This document shows, one piece after another, positions 1 to 9,673 of a DNA stretch of 57,701 bases. A program made the translations under genes and the position numbers. Below the pieces are notes generated by a model. That model was not told the origin of the DNA and did not search any database. It saw only the letters and a program-made list of their open reading frames with translations. Origin of the DNA: Candidatus Limnocylindria bacterium (GTDB lineage: Bacteria > Chloroflexota > Limnocylindria > P2-11E); assembly GCA_036389935.1 (NCBI GenBank), contig DASWCU010000056.1, forward strand, positions 1-57,701. The letters are read 5' to 3'. Each line of letters starts with the position of its first letter. Within the stretch, counting starts at the first letter, position 1.

Positions 1-388
1 CGAACGCGACGCCGATGAGCAGCGACCGCGTATAGCCGCGCGTCCCTTCGCCGAGCCGCACGTCGGACGGCCGGTCGAGGAACGGGATCGTGATCAGCCC
101 GAGCATGTGCGTTCCCAGCACGATGAGGAGCGCTCCGGCGATGCGCTGCATCCAGGTGACGAAGTCGCCGACGAGGCCCCCGAGGAGCGCGATCCCGACC
201 CACAGGAGCGTGAACACCGCGCTGAAGCCCAGGACGAAGACGAGGGCGTGGCTCATCGTCCGGCGGCGGTCCGCCCCACCGAGGGCGCTCTCGCCGGCGA
301 GGTTCACGAGGTACGCCGGAACGAGGGGCAGGACGCAGGGCGAGAGGAACGACAGGATGCCGGCGCCGAAGGCGACAGCCAGGTTCAT
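1..388 (-). CDS. ccdA: CcdA/DsbD-core family thiol-disulfide transporter (cytochrome c biogenesis type); 3' end cut by window edge
   Basis: Not in the ORF track because it runs off the window. Own minus-strand translation from ATG 388..386 gives MNLAVAFGAGILSFLSPCVLPLVPAYLVNLAGES...LVFVLGFSAVFTLLWVGIALLGG... The SPCxLP motif and repeated hydrophobic helices fit the family. ATGA start/stop overlap with the upstream gene. Confidence 0.7.
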   Translation of the reverse strand, partial: MNLAVAFGAGILSFLSPCVLPLVPAYLVNLAGESALGGADRRRTMSHALVFVLGFSAVFTLLWVGIALLGGLVGDFVTWMQRIAGALLIVLGTHMLGLITIPFLDRPSDVRLGEGTRGYTRSLLIGVAF

Positions 389-1536
389 CCGATCGCGTCG
401 GCGAGATCGGCGATGAGATCGCCCACGGCCTCGATCCCGACGGAGAGGCGGATGAGGCCCGCCGGGGGAGCGAGCTTCGTGCCGCGCACCGAGCCGTGGG
501 TCATGGCGAGCGGCACCTCGATGAGCGACTCCACGCCGCCGAGCGATTCGGCGAGGGCGAAGATCGCGGTCCGGGCGACGGCGCGCTTCGCCGCGGCCTC
601 GCCGCCGCGCCGGAGCTCGAAGCTCAGCATGCCGCCGAACGACCGCATCTGGGTCCGCGCGAGCGCGTGCTGCGGGTGCGTCGGCAGGCCCGGGTAGTTC
701 ACCGCTCCGACCTTCGGATGCTCGGCGAGCCATTCCGCGATCGCGAGGCCGTTCGCCGAATGCCGCTCCATACGAACGCCGAGGGTCTTGATGCCGCGCA
801 GGACGAGCCACGCGTCGAACGGCCCGGGCACCCCGCCGGCGGCGTTCTGGATGAAGGCAAGTCGCTCGCGAAGGTCTGGCGACGTCCCGACGATCGCGCC
901 GCCGACGACGTCCGAGTGTCCGCCGAGGTACTTCGTCGTCGAGTGGAGCACGAGGTCCGCGCCGAGGCCGATCGGCTGCTGGAGGTACGGGCTGGCGAAG
1001 GTATTGTCGACGACGGCGATCGCCTTCGCGCGGTGCGCGAGCTCGGACACCGCGGAGATGTCGACGACCCGCAGCATCGGGTTGGTCGGCGATTCGATCC
1101 AGACGAGCCTGGTCCGTTTCGTGGTGGCACGCCGCACCTTCGCCGGATCGCGCATGTCGACGGCGGTGAGCGCGACGCCAAGCCGCTCGAACACACGTTT
1201 GAACAGGCGGTACGTGCCGCCATACACGTCGTCGGCCATGACCACGTGATCGCCGCTCGCGAGGAGATGCGCGATCGCGTCCGAAGCGGCCATCCCCGAC
1301 GCGAACGCGAGGCCCCAGCGTCCGCCCTCCAGCGCGGCGAGGCACGTTTCGAGCGCGGTCCGGGTCGGATTCCCCGTGCGCGCGTACTCGTAGCCGCGAT
1401 GCTTGCCCACCGCCTCCTGGACGAACGTGCTGGTCTGGAAGATCGGAACGATGACCGCGCCGGTCTCGGCCTCGGGCGCCTGTCCGGCGTGGATCGCGAG
1501 CGTCTCGAAGCTCGGCTTGCGGACGTCCTTCACCAC
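385..1536 (-). CDS. Cys/Met-metabolism PLP enzyme, cystathionine gamma-lyase/gamma-synthase type
   Basis: Last 383 codons of track ORF 385..2172, starting at GTG-GTG (1536/1533): VKDVRKPSFETLAIHAGQ... Contains the STTKYLGGHSD PLP-lysine motif. The upstream 212 codons of the track ORF are Arg/Gly-rich shadow overlapping the CBS gene. Sits directly downstream of cystathionine beta-synthase. Confidence 0.85.
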   Translation of the reverse strand: MVKDVRKPSFETLAIHAGQAPEAETGAVIVPIFQTSTFVQEAVGKHRGYEYARTGNPTRTALETCLAALEGGRWGLAFASGMAASDAIAHLLASGDHVVMADDVYGGTYRLFKRVFERLGVALTAVDMRDPAKVRRATTKRTRLVWIESPTNPMLRVVDISAVSELAHRAKAIAVVDNTFASPYLQQPIGLGADLVLHSTTKYLGGHSDVVGGAIVGTSPDLRERLAFIQNAAGGVPGPFDAWLVLRGIKTLGVRMERHSANGLAIAEWLAEHPKVGAVNYPGLPTHPQHALARTQMRSFGGMLSFELRRGGEAAAKRAVARTAIFALAESLGGVESLIEVPLAMTHGSVRGTKLAPPAGLIRLSVGIEAVGDLIADLADAIG

Positions 1537-1589
1537 GCGGCCAGTATGCGGCGCGCGGCCGGCCGGATGCCGCGCGCGGCCAGCGCCGC

Positions 1590-2990
1590 TCAGCGCGATT
1601 CGCGTCGCTGGTGCGCGACGAACTCGAGGAGATCGGCCTTCGTGATGATCGACACGGGGCGGTCCTCGTCGGCGGCGAGGAGCGCCGGCGCACCGCCGGA
1701 CAGCTCGGCGTAGAGGCGCTCGACATCCTCGCTCGCCTGTACGACGGGGAACGGCGCCTCCATCACCTGCTCGACGGTCGCGTCCACGAGCGAGGGCTCG
1801 CGGAACACGCGATCGAGCATCGTGCGCTCCTGGACGCTGCCGACGATGTCGGTGAGCGAGGCCGCCTGACCGTCCGCGACGACCGGGATCTGCGAGATGC
1901 CATAGCGCTGCATGGTGTCGATGGCCGCGCGCACCGTGTCCTTGCGCGAGATCACGACCAGCTGCGGGGTCGCGGCCTCGCGGCCCCGGATGACGTCGCC
2001 GACCCGGAGCAGATGCGCGAAGCGCTGCAGGAATCCGTTCTGGCGCATCCATTCGTCGTTGTAGAGCTTGGACAGGTACGACTTGCCGGAATCCGGGAAC
2101 AGCACCACCACGAGCGCGTCCTCGTCGAGCTCCTTCGCGACCTCGAGCGCCGCGAACATCGCCGTCCCGCACGAGACGCCGGCGAGGATCCCCTCCTCGC
2201 GGGTGATCCGCCGTGCGGTGAGGAACGTGTCGCGATCGGAGACGCGGACCCAGCGATCGACCAGCGCGGGATCGAAGGTGCCCGGCCAGAAGTCCTCCCC
2301 GATCCCCTCGGTCTTGTACGGATGCACCTCGCCCGTGTAGATCGAGCCCTCCGGGTCGGCCCCGACGATCACGATGCCCGGCCTCCGCTCCTTCAGGTAG
2401 CGGCCCGCCCCGGTCACAGTGCCGCCGGTCCCGACGCCGAGCACGAGGTGCGTGATCTTCCCCTCGGTCTGCGCCCAGAGCTCCGGCCCGGTCGTGCGGA
2501 AGTGCGCCGCGACGTTCTCGTCGTTCCAGTACTGGCCCGGCATGTATCCGCCCGGCAGCTCCCCGGCGAGGCGCTCGGCCACCTTGTAATAGGACTGGGG
2601 CGAGTCGGGCGGCACCGCGGTCGGGCAGATGACGACCTCGGCGCCGTACGCGCGGAGGATGTCGCGCTTCTCCTGGCTCTGCTTGTCCGGCATGGTGCAG
2701 ACGAGCCGGTAGCCGCGCAGCGCCGCGGCGATCGCGAGGCCGACCCCGGTGTTGCCGCTCGTCGGCTCGACGATGGTCCCGCCCGGCCGCAGCAGGCCGC
2801 GGCGCTCGGCCTCCTCGATCATCGCGAGGCCGATCCGATCCTTCACCGAGCCACCCGGGTTCAGCATCTCGAGCTTCGCGACGAGCCGTGGTCGGAGCCC
2901 CGCGCCGATGCGCGAGAGCCGGACGAGCGGCGTGTTCCCGACGAGCGACAGGATGTCGGGTGCGATGGCCATCGAGGCAATGCTAGGCAT
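1590..2990 (-). CDS. Cystathionine beta-synthase (fold-type II PLP core plus C-terminal CBS-domain pair)
   Basis: Track ORF: ...LVGNTPLVRL...NPGGSVKDRIG...EPTSGNTGVGLA..., then a C-terminal ~130 aa CBS-pair-like region. Alternative ATG at 2972. Confidence 0.85.
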   Translation of the reverse strand: MPSIASMAIAPDILSLVGNTPLVRLSRIGAGLRPRLVAKLEMLNPGGSVKDRIGLAMIEEAERRGLLRPGGTIVEPTSGNTGVGLAIAAALRGYRLVCTMPDKQSQEKRDILRAYGAEVVICPTAVPPDSPQSYYKVAERLAGELPGGYMPGQYWNDENVAAHFRTTGPELWAQTEGKITHLVLGVGTGGTVTGAGRYLKERRPGIVIVGADPEGSIYTGEVHPYKTEGIGEDFWPGTFDPALVDRWVRVSDRDTFLTARRITREEGILAGVSCGTAMFAALEVAKELDEDALVVVLFPDSGKSYLSKLYNDEWMRQNGFLQRFAHLLRVGDVIRGREAATPQLVVISRKDTVRAAIDTMQRYGISQIPVVADGQAASLTDIVGSVQERTMLDRVFREPSLVDATVEQVMEAPFPVVQASEDVERLYAELSGGAPALLAADEDRPVSIITKADLLEFVAHQRRESR

Positions 2991-4251
2991 CGATCATGCG
3001 CTCCAGCCGCGGGATCGGCCGGCCGGCTTCGAGGTGGATCGGCGGCTCGCCCTGCAGCGATTCGGCGTACTTGAGGCCCGTCCCGGTGTTGAACACGACC
3101 ACGTCCTCGTGCGGGTCGATGAATCCCTGCTGGCGGAGCTGATACGCGCCTTCGATCGCCGCGGCACCCTCGGGGCAGACGAGCATTCCCTCCGTCACGC
3201 CCACGACCCGCATCATCTCCGCGATCCGTTCGTCGCTGACCTCGATCGCGACGCCGCGCGACTCGCGCAGGATCCGGAGGACGAGGAAATCGCCGAGCGC
3301 CTTCGGCACGCGGATGCCCGCGGCGAACGTCGTCGGATCGGGCCACGGCTCGGACTCCTCCGCGTCGGCGTGGAACGCCTTGACGATCGGGGCGCAGCCG
3401 CTCGCCTGCACGGCCACGAAGCGCGGCGCGTCGCCGTTCGGGACCCAGCCCAGGGACCGGAGCTCGGCGAACGCCTTCCACATCCCGATGAGCCCCACGC
3501 CGCCGCCGGTCGGATACACGACGACGTCCGGGATCGTCCAGCCGGCCTGCTCTGCGAGCTCGAAGCCCATCGTCTTCTTGCCCTCGATGCGGTACGGCTC
3601 CTTCAGGGTCGAGGCGTCGAACCAGCCGTACTCCGCGCAGGCCCGCTTCACGACGGCGCCCGCATCCGCGATCGAGCCGTCGACGAGATACACGCGCGCG
3701 CCGTAGGCGGCGGTCTCGCGCTGGATGACGTCGGGCGTCGTCGCGGGCATCGCGACGACCACGCCGATCCCGGCGCGGGCGCCGTAGGCGGCCCAGGCGG
3801 CGCCCGCGTTCCCCGCGGTCGGCAGGGCGATGGTGCCGACGCCGAGCTCGCGCGCTCTCGTCACCCCGACCGCCGCGCCGCGCGCCTTGAACGTGCCGGT
3901 GGGCAGCAGGCCCTCGTCCTTGATGACCAGGCGATGGAGGCCGAGCGCCTCGCCCAGGGTCGGCACTTCGAGGATCGGGGTGTTGCCCTCGCCGAGGCTC
4001 ACGATGCGGTCGGGATCGTCGATCGGCAGGAGCTCGCGGTACCGCCAGAGCGACGCCTGCCGGCCGGCGAGCACGGTCCGCGGCACGCTGGTCCGCATCC
4101 GCTCGAGGTCGTAGCGCACGAGCAACGGTCCGCCACAGACCGGACAGAGGTTCGCGACCACCGTCGCGTCGGCGGTCGCGCCGCAGCGGGAGCATTCGAG
4201 GTGTGTGACATATGACCGCGGCGGAGCGACCAGCCGCTCGGGATCGATCAC
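2983..4251 (-). CDS. thrC: Threonine synthase-like PLP enzyme with N-terminal zinc ribbon
   Basis: ECSRCG...CPVCGG ribbon, then GNTPILE...PTGTFKARGA (PLP lysine) and YPTGGGVGLIG. TAG stop overlaps the CBS ATG by 8 nt. Confidence 0.75.
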   Translation of the reverse strand: MIDPERLVAPPRSYVTHLECSRCGATADATVVANLCPVCGGPLLVRYDLERMRTSVPRTVLAGRQASLWRYRELLPIDDPDRIVSLGEGNTPILEVPTLGEALGLHRLVIKDEGLLPTGTFKARGAAVGVTRARELGVGTIALPTAGNAGAAWAAYGARAGIGVVVAMPATTPDVIQRETAAYGARVYLVDGSIADAGAVVKRACAEYGWFDASTLKEPYRIEGKKTMGFELAEQAGWTIPDVVVYPTGGGVGLIGMWKAFAELRSLGWVPNGDAPRFVAVQASGCAPIVKAFHADAEESEPWPDPTTFAAGIRVPKALGDFLVLRILRESRGVAIEVSDERIAEMMRVVGVTEGMLVCPEGAAAIEGAYQLRQQGFIDPHEDVVVFNTGTGLKYAESLQGEPPIHLEAGRPIPRLERMIDA

Positions 4252-4270
4252 AAGAGGCGTCGAGGCTTCT

Positions 4271-5551
4271 TCACGCGGTTCGTTCGATCCTCGCGCCGAG
4301 CGCGCGCAGCCGTCCGTCCATGTCCTCGTAGCCGCGGTCGATCTGCTCGATGTTGTTGATCACGCTCCGGCCCTTCGCGCAGAGCGTCGCGGCGAGCAGC
4401 GCGAGGCCGGCCCGGATGTCGGGGCTGCGGAGCTCGGCACCGTAGAGCTGCGAGGGGCCGACGATCACCGCGCGATGCGGGTCGCAGAGGACTGCCCGCG
4501 CGCCCATCGCGATGAGCGAGTCGACGAAGTACATCCGGGCCTCGAACATCCACTCGTGGACGAGCACGGTGCCCTCGCATTGCGTGGCGAGCGCGGTCGC
4601 GATGCTCGTGAGATCGGTCGGAAAGCCCGGCCAGACCTGCGGCGAGATCTTCGGGATGCCGCCGCCGAGATCGGGCTGGATGCAGTAGCGCTCGCGCGCG
4701 GGGACGAGAAGGTCCTCGCCGTCGACCTCGGTGACGACGCCGAGCTTGGCGAACACCTGCCTGGTCATCCGCAGGTGCTCCGGCCCGCTGCCCTTGATCC
4801 GCGCTTCGCCGTGGGTCATGGCGACCACTCCGACGAACGACCCCACCTCCATGTGATCGGGCCAGAGCGTGTGGTCGATCCCGCGGAATCGCTCTGCCCC
4901 ATCGATCGTGATCGTGTTGGTGCCCATACCGACGATGCGCGCGCCCATCTTCGCCAGAACGAGCGAGAGCTCCTGCACGTGCGGCTCGCTCGCGGCGTTG
5001 CGGATGACCGTGCGACCCGGCGTACGGACCGCGCACAGGATGGCGTTCTCGGTCGCGGTCACCGACGGCTCGTCCAGGAGGATGTCGGCGCCCGCGAGCC
5101 GCTCGGCCCGCAGCGCGTAGCCGCCCGGCGTCACCTCGAGCTGGCCACCGAGCGCGGTGAGGGCGTGGAAATGCGTGTCGGTCCGCCGGCGCCCGATCAC
5201 GTCCCCACCGGGAGGCGCGAGCGTCACGCGGCCCAGCCGCGCCACCAGCGGACCGGCGAACAGGAGCGATGTGCGGATCTCCTTCGACAGACCGCGGTCG
5301 ACGTCGGTCCGGTCGACGTCCTTCGTGGTGATCCGCACGGCGTGCGGGTCGAGCTCCTCGACGGTCGCCCCGAGCTTGACGAGGATCTCGAGCATCCCCT
5401 CGACGTCACGGATGCGCGGCAGATTGCGGAGGGTGACCGGATCCTCGGTGAGCAGCGCGGCGGCGATGAGCGGGAGCGCGGAGTTCTTGTTCCCCGCCGG
5501 TGAGATCTCGCCACGCAACGGCGTGCCGCCTTCGACGATGAAGCGCGCCAT
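4271..5551 (-). CDS. murA: UDP-N-acetylglucosamine 1-carboxyvinyltransferase
   Basis: MARFIVEGGTPLRGEISPAGNKNSALPLIAAALL... and full-length EPSP-synthase-fold pattern. ATG at 5551. Confidence 0.9.
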   Translation of the reverse strand: MARFIVEGGTPLRGEISPAGNKNSALPLIAAALLTEDPVTLRNLPRIRDVEGMLEILVKLGATVEELDPHAVRITTKDVDRTDVDRGLSKEIRTSLLFAGPLVARLGRVTLAPPGGDVIGRRRTDTHFHALTALGGQLEVTPGGYALRAERLAGADILLDEPSVTATENAILCAVRTPGRTVIRNAASEPHVQELSLVLAKMGARIVGMGTNTITIDGAERFRGIDHTLWPDHMEVGSFVGVVAMTHGEARIKGSGPEHLRMTRQVFAKLGVVTEVDGEDLLVPARERYCIQPDLGGGIPKISPQVWPGFPTDLTSIATALATQCEGTVLVHEWMFEARMYFVDSLIAMGARAVLCDPHRAVIVGPSQLYGAELRSPDIRAGLALLAATLCAKGRSVINNIEQIDRGYEDMDGRLRALGARIERTA

Positions 5552-5614
5552 CGCGTGTAGCGTAGCCGCTGCATAGACTCCCGCTGTTCGAGCGAACGCG
5601 TCCGGAGGCGGAAC

Positions 5615-7213
5615 ATGTCGTGGTCGGTCGCGCGCTGCATCCCGATCGTCGTCCTCGTCGCCGCGGCGTGCTCCGCGGGCGCGCCGTCACCCGGACCGAG
5701 CGGCGGCTCCTCGAAGGTCGGCGGGAGCGTGACCTTCGCGGCGACGACCGACCCGGATACGCTCGACCTGCATCAGACGTCGAACCCGGTCTCGTCGACG
5801 ATCTTCGGCTGGATCTACGAGACGCTCGTCTATCAGGATCTCGACAACTCGTACAAGGGACTGCTCGCGGAGAGCTGGACGGTGAGTCCGGACAGCAAGA
5901 CGATCACGTTCACGCTGCGCAAGGGCATCACGTTCACCGACGGTTCGCCGTTCAACGCCGCGGCCGTGAAGTTCACGTTCGAGCGGCTCCAGCGCGTCGG
6001 CGCGAAATCGCCGATCTTCGAGACGTTCAAGAGCGTGGCGAGCATGGATGCGCCGAACGACACGACGTTCGTGCTCAGCCTGAAGGAGCCGTACGCGCCC
6101 ATCTTCCACGACCTCCAGACCGCCTACGGCGGGATCCTCTCTCCCTCCGCGGTGCAGGCGGCGGGGGACAGGATCGACCGCGCGGCGGTCGGCACCGGCC
6201 CGTACCGGCTGAAGGAGTGGCAGACCGGCCAGCAGCTCACGCTCGAGCGGAACGAGAAGTACGACCACGCGCCGGCCTTCTTCAAGAACCGGGGCGCGCC
6301 GTTCATCCAGGAGCTCAAGTACAAGGTCATCCCCGACGCGGCGACGCAGCTCGCCGCGCTCGACGCAGGCGAGATCGACGTGCTCACGCTCGCCGCGAAG
6401 GACCTCCCGAAATACGGGAGCGATCAGCGCTTCCGCACGTTCGACAGCTTCACCTACGGGCTCACCTACCTCGGGTTCGACGCCGCGCGCAAGCCGTTCG
6501 ACGACGCGCGGCTGCGCCAGGCGCTGAGCCACGCGGTGAACAAGGACGAGATCGTCCAGGTGGTGTTCGGCGGCACGCTCGCGAAGGCCCAGTGCTGCCC
6601 GATCGCGCAGAGCATCCAGGGCTACGACGAGAAGCTGAAGCAGTACGAGTTGAAGTACGACGTCGCGGCCGCGAAGTCCGGCCTCGACCAGCTCGGCTAC
6701 AAGCCCGGGCCCGACGGCATGCGGACGAAGCCCGACGGCTCGCCGTTCAAGCCCGTCCTCTACACGACGACGAGCACCGATCACGGGAAGATCGCCACGC
6801 TCCTGCAGGCCCAGCTCAAGACCGCCGGAGTGGACATGCAGGTGAAGCAGCTCGAGTCGGGCGCGCTCCTCGCCGCGACGCCGAACGCCGAGCACGACCT
6901 CTACCTGAACGGCTACTCGTGGAACGAGCCCGACATGTTCAGCCTGTTCCTCTCATGCGATCGGGTGAAGTCGTCCAACCGGGTGCTGTTCTGCGATCAG
7001 AAGCTCGAGGCGCTGATCAAGGCCGGCCGCACCGAGCTCGATCAGGCGAAGCGGATGCAGATCTACGCCGACGCCCAGAAGTACACGATGGAGCAGGCGC
7101 CGTGGCAGCCGCTCTACATGCCGGTGTCGAAGACCGCCGTCGCGGCCAAGGTGTACGACCTGCGTCAGGGCCAGGCCGGCGGCCTCCTCTGGCACGACGC
7201 CTATGTGAAATAG
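5615..7213 (+). CDS. ABC transporter substrate-binding lipoprotein, family 5 (peptide/nickel, DppA/OppA-like)
   Basis: Signal peptide with Cys (VVLVAAACSAG). The ~530 aa length and motifs fit SBP family 5. GGAGG Shine-Dalgarno motif (ribosome-binding site, RBS) 6 nt upstream of ATG 5615. Confidence 0.85.
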   Translation: MSWSVARCIPIVVLVAAACSAGAPSPGPSGGSSKVGGSVTFAATTDPDTLDLHQTSNPVSSTIFGWIYETLVYQDLDNSYKGLLAESWTVSPDSKTITFTLRKGITFTDGSPFNAAAVKFTFERLQRVGAKSPIFETFKSVASMDAPNDTTFVLSLKEPYAPIFHDLQTAYGGILSPSAVQAAGDRIDRAAVGTGPYRLKEWQTGQQLTLERNEKYDHAPAFFKNRGAPFIQELKYKVIPDAATQLAALDAGEIDVLTLAAKDLPKYGSDQRFRTFDSFTYGLTYLGFDAARKPFDDARLRQALSHAVNKDEIVQVVFGGTLAKAQCCPIAQSIQGYDEKLKQYELKYDVAAAKSGLDQLGYKPGPDGMRTKPDGSPFKPVLYTTTSTDHGKIATLLQAQLKTAGVDMQVKQLESGALLAATPNAEHDLYLNGYSWNEPDMFSLFLSCDRVKSSNRVLFCDQKLEALIKAGRTELDQAKRMQIYADAQKYTMEQAPWQPLYMPVSKTAVAAKVYDLRQGQAGGLLWHDAYVK

Positions 7214-7285
7214 GTGGTCACGCGTTGCCGCGCAACGCCTGATCGTCCCGCTCCGCCCGGCCGCGCCGGGACGCGGTAACGCCCC

Positions 7286-8206
7286 GTGGGCCGGTATGTC
7301 CTCCGCCGGCTCGTACTGGCGATCCCGGTCCTGCTCGGGGTCTCCGTCGGCGTGTTCCTCATGGTCGCCTTCGTGCCCGGCGACCCGGCGACCGTCCTGG
7401 CCGGCGACACCGCCTCGCCCGAAGCGATCGCGCGGATCCGCACCGAGCTCGGGCTCGACCAGCCGCTCCCGATCCAGTACCTCCACTACCTCGATCGCCT
7501 GCTCCACGGCAGCCTCGGCACCTCGATCCGGACGCACCGCGACGTGACCGTGGAGATCCTCGATCGGCTCCCCTACACGCTCGAGCTCGCCGTCGCGGCG
7601 GTGCTGCTGTCGACGACGCTCGGGATCGTGCTGGGCGTCGTCGCCGCGGTGAATCGCGGGCGGACCGCCGACCTGCTCGCCATGGGTGTGGCGATCGTCG
7701 GTCTCTCCGTGCCGACGTTCTGGATCGCTCTCCTCGGCATCCTTCTGTTCTCCCTCCGGCTGCACTGGCTGCCGGTCACCGGCGCCGGCTCGGTCGCGAG
7801 CCTCATCCTGCCCGCGGTGTCGCTCAGCCTCCATTCCGCGGCGGTGAAGGCGCGGATCACGCGCTCGAGCATGCTCGAGGTGCTCGGCCAGGAGTACCTG
7901 CGCACGGCACGCGCGAAGGGCCTGCGCGAGCGGGCGGTCATCTGGCGCCACGCGCTCCGCAACGCGCTCATCCCGATCACCACGATCGTCGGGCTCCAAT
8001 TCGGCAGCCTCCTCGGCGGGGCGTTCATCATCGAGACGATCTTCGCGTGGCCCGGCGTCGGCCGGCTCGCGGTCCAGGCGATCTTCAACCGCGACTTCCC
8101 GCTCATCCAGGGCACCGTGCTGCTGGTGGCGGTCGCCTACCTGCTGACCAATCTCATCGTCGACGTCCTCTATGCCTCGCTCGATCCGCGGATCCGGTAT
8201 GCGTGA
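7286..8206 (+). CDS. ABC transporter permease (DppB/OppB-like)
   Basis: GTG start. N-terminal YVLRRLxxxIPVLLGVS and multi-TM profile with the EAA-loop region (RTARAKGL). Confidence 0.85.
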   Translation: MGRYVLRRLVLAIPVLLGVSVGVFLMVAFVPGDPATVLAGDTASPEAIARIRTELGLDQPLPIQYLHYLDRLLHGSLGTSIRTHRDVTVEILDRLPYTLELAVAAVLLSTTLGIVLGVVAAVNRGRTADLLAMGVAIVGLSVPTFWIALLGILLFSLRLHWLPVTGAGSVASLILPAVSLSLHSAAVKARITRSSMLEVLGQEYLRTARAKGLRERAVIWRHALRNALIPITTIVGLQFGSLLGGAFIIETIFAWPGVGRLAVQAIFNRDFPLIQGTVLLVAVAYLLTNLIVDVLYASLDPRIRYA

Positions 8207-9029
8207 CGCCCTCGCGCGGCTCATCCGGTCGCCGCTCGCCGTCTGCGGGCTCCTGCTCTTCGGCGGCCTGCTCGCGGTCGCCGCGCTCGCACCGCTCATC
8301 GCGACGCGCGACCCGATCTCGTTCGACGTGCGCGACGCGCTGCAGGGGCCGACGCCGGCGCACCCGTTCGGCACGGACGAGCTCGGGCGCGACATCTTCA
8401 GCCGGGTGGTCTGGGGCTCGCGGCTCGCGGTCCGGCTCGGGGTCCTCTCCGTCGTCGTCGCCGCGGGCGGCGGCGTCGTCCTCGGCCTGGTCTCCGGGTA
8501 CTACGGCGGGTGGCTCGACAGCCTCATCTCACGGCTGCTCGAGGTCGTGCTGGCCTTCCCGGGGCTGCTCTTCGCGATCGCGATCGTCGCGATCCTCGGG
8601 CCCGGGCTCGACAACCTCATCGTCGCCCTCGGCCTCTTCGGCTGGCCCGGCTACGCACGGCTCGTTCGCGGCTCCGTGCTGAGCACGCGTGAGCGGGACT
8701 ACGTCGAGGCCGCCCGTGCCGTCGGCGCGCGCGCCCGTCGGATCATGGCCCGGCACATCCTGCCCAACGTCGTGGCGCCGGTCATCATCCTGTCCGCCAC
8801 GCGCTTCGGCGGCGCGCTCCTCGCCGGAAGCGGGCTCTCGTTCATCGGCCTGGGCGTACCCATCCCCGAGCCCGAGTGGGGCGCGATCATGGCCACCGGG
8901 CGCGAGTACATGGGCAGCGCGTGGTGGATCACCGTGTTCCCGGGTGCGGTCATCGCGCTCGCGGTGCTGGGCGTCAACCTGCTCGGCGATGGGCTCCGCG
9001 ACGTGCTCGATCCGCGGCTGCGCGCCTGA
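8199..9029 (+). CDS. ABC transporter permease (DppC/OppC-like)
   Basis: ATG 8199 gives an 8-nt overlap (ATGCGTGA) with the preceding permease; ATG 8172 is also possible. Conserved HPFGTDELGRD and YVEAARAVGA motifs. Confidence 0.85.
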   Translation: MRDALARLIRSPLAVCGLLLFGGLLAVAALAPLIATRDPISFDVRDALQGPTPAHPFGTDELGRDIFSRVVWGSRLAVRLGVLSVVVAAGGGVVLGLVSGYYGGWLDSLISRLLEVVLAFPGLLFAIAIVAILGPGLDNLIVALGLFGWPGYARLVRGSVLSTRERDYVEAARAVGARARRIMARHILPNVVAPVIILSATRFGGALLAGSGLSFIGLGVPIPEPEWGAIMATGREYMGSAWWITVFPGAVIALAVLGVNLLGDGLRDVLDPRLRA

Positions 9030-9064
9030 TGCGCGGGTCGGTAGCGGGTCGGTACGCTTCGTCC

Positions 9065-9673
9065 ATGAGCTACGACGCGGTCGGCTTCGACCTCCTCACC
9101 GCACTGCTCGACACGCTGCCGCTCTGGCGCGCCGCCGCACGGGACGATCGGCTCGGGCCGGCATGGCACGCGGCCTCCCAACGCCTGCTGCGCGGCCGGC
9201 CGTATCGACCGTTCGAGGACATCGTGCGTGAGTCCGCGCGCGAGCTCGGACTGGCCGACGAGCGCGCGGACGAGCTCCTGACCCGCTGGGGCGAGTTCGC
9301 GCCCTGGCCCGATTCGCCTCCGACCCTCGAGCGGATCGATCCGGCGCGGCGGTTCATCGTGACCAATTGCTCGACCGAGCTGGGGCTGCGCGCGGCCTCG
9401 ACGCTCGGCGCGTTCGCGCTCGTGATGACGGCCGAGGCGGCCGGCGCGTACAAGCCGGATCCACGCCCGTACCACGCCGCCCTCGGCGCGCTGGGTCTCG
9501 ATCCCGAGCGCGTCCTGTTCGTCGCCGGCTCGGCCCACGACGTCGGCGGAGCCCGGCGGATCGGGATGGACGTCTACTGGGCGAACCGCCTCGCCGCTCC
9601 GCGGCCGGTCGACGCCGCGCCGCTCGTCGAGGCGCCGGACCTCAGCGGGCTCATCCCGCTCCTCCATGGCTGA
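9065..9673 (+). CDS. HAD-superfamily hydrolase (haloacid dehalogenase-like)
   Basis: Internal ATG of track ORF 8876..9673 lying just after the permease stop. MSYDAVGFDLLTAL (motif I-like D..T), TNCS (motif II), YKPDP...FVAGSAHDV (motifs III/IV). Confidence 0.6.
   Translation: MSYDAVGFDLLTALLDTLPLWRAAARDDRLGPAWHAASQRLLRGRPYRPFEDIVRESARELGLADERADELLTRWGEFAPWPDSPPTLERIDPARRFIVTNCSTELGLRAASTLGAFALVMTAEAAGAYKPDPRPYHAALGALGLDPERVLFVAGSAHDVGGARRIGMDVYWANRLAAPRPVDAAPLVEAPDLSGLIPLLHG

Noticed and set aside
496-3074. Long plus-strand ORFs (496..1713, 1611..3074) antisense to the PLP enzyme and CBS genes
   Set aside because: The translations are Arg/Ala/Gly/Pro-rich and low-complexity, with no family resemblance. 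They lie fully antisense to ORFs with strong family motifs. This is the typical shadow-ORF artefact of GC-rich DNA.
5620-8395. ORFs 5620..7242 (+), 5687..6895 (-) and 6953..8395 (-) overlapping the ABC importer genes
   Set aside because: These are alternative-frame or antisense shadows. They are Arg- and Asp-rich, lack signal, TM or domain patterns, and compete with clearly recognisable SBP and permease genes.
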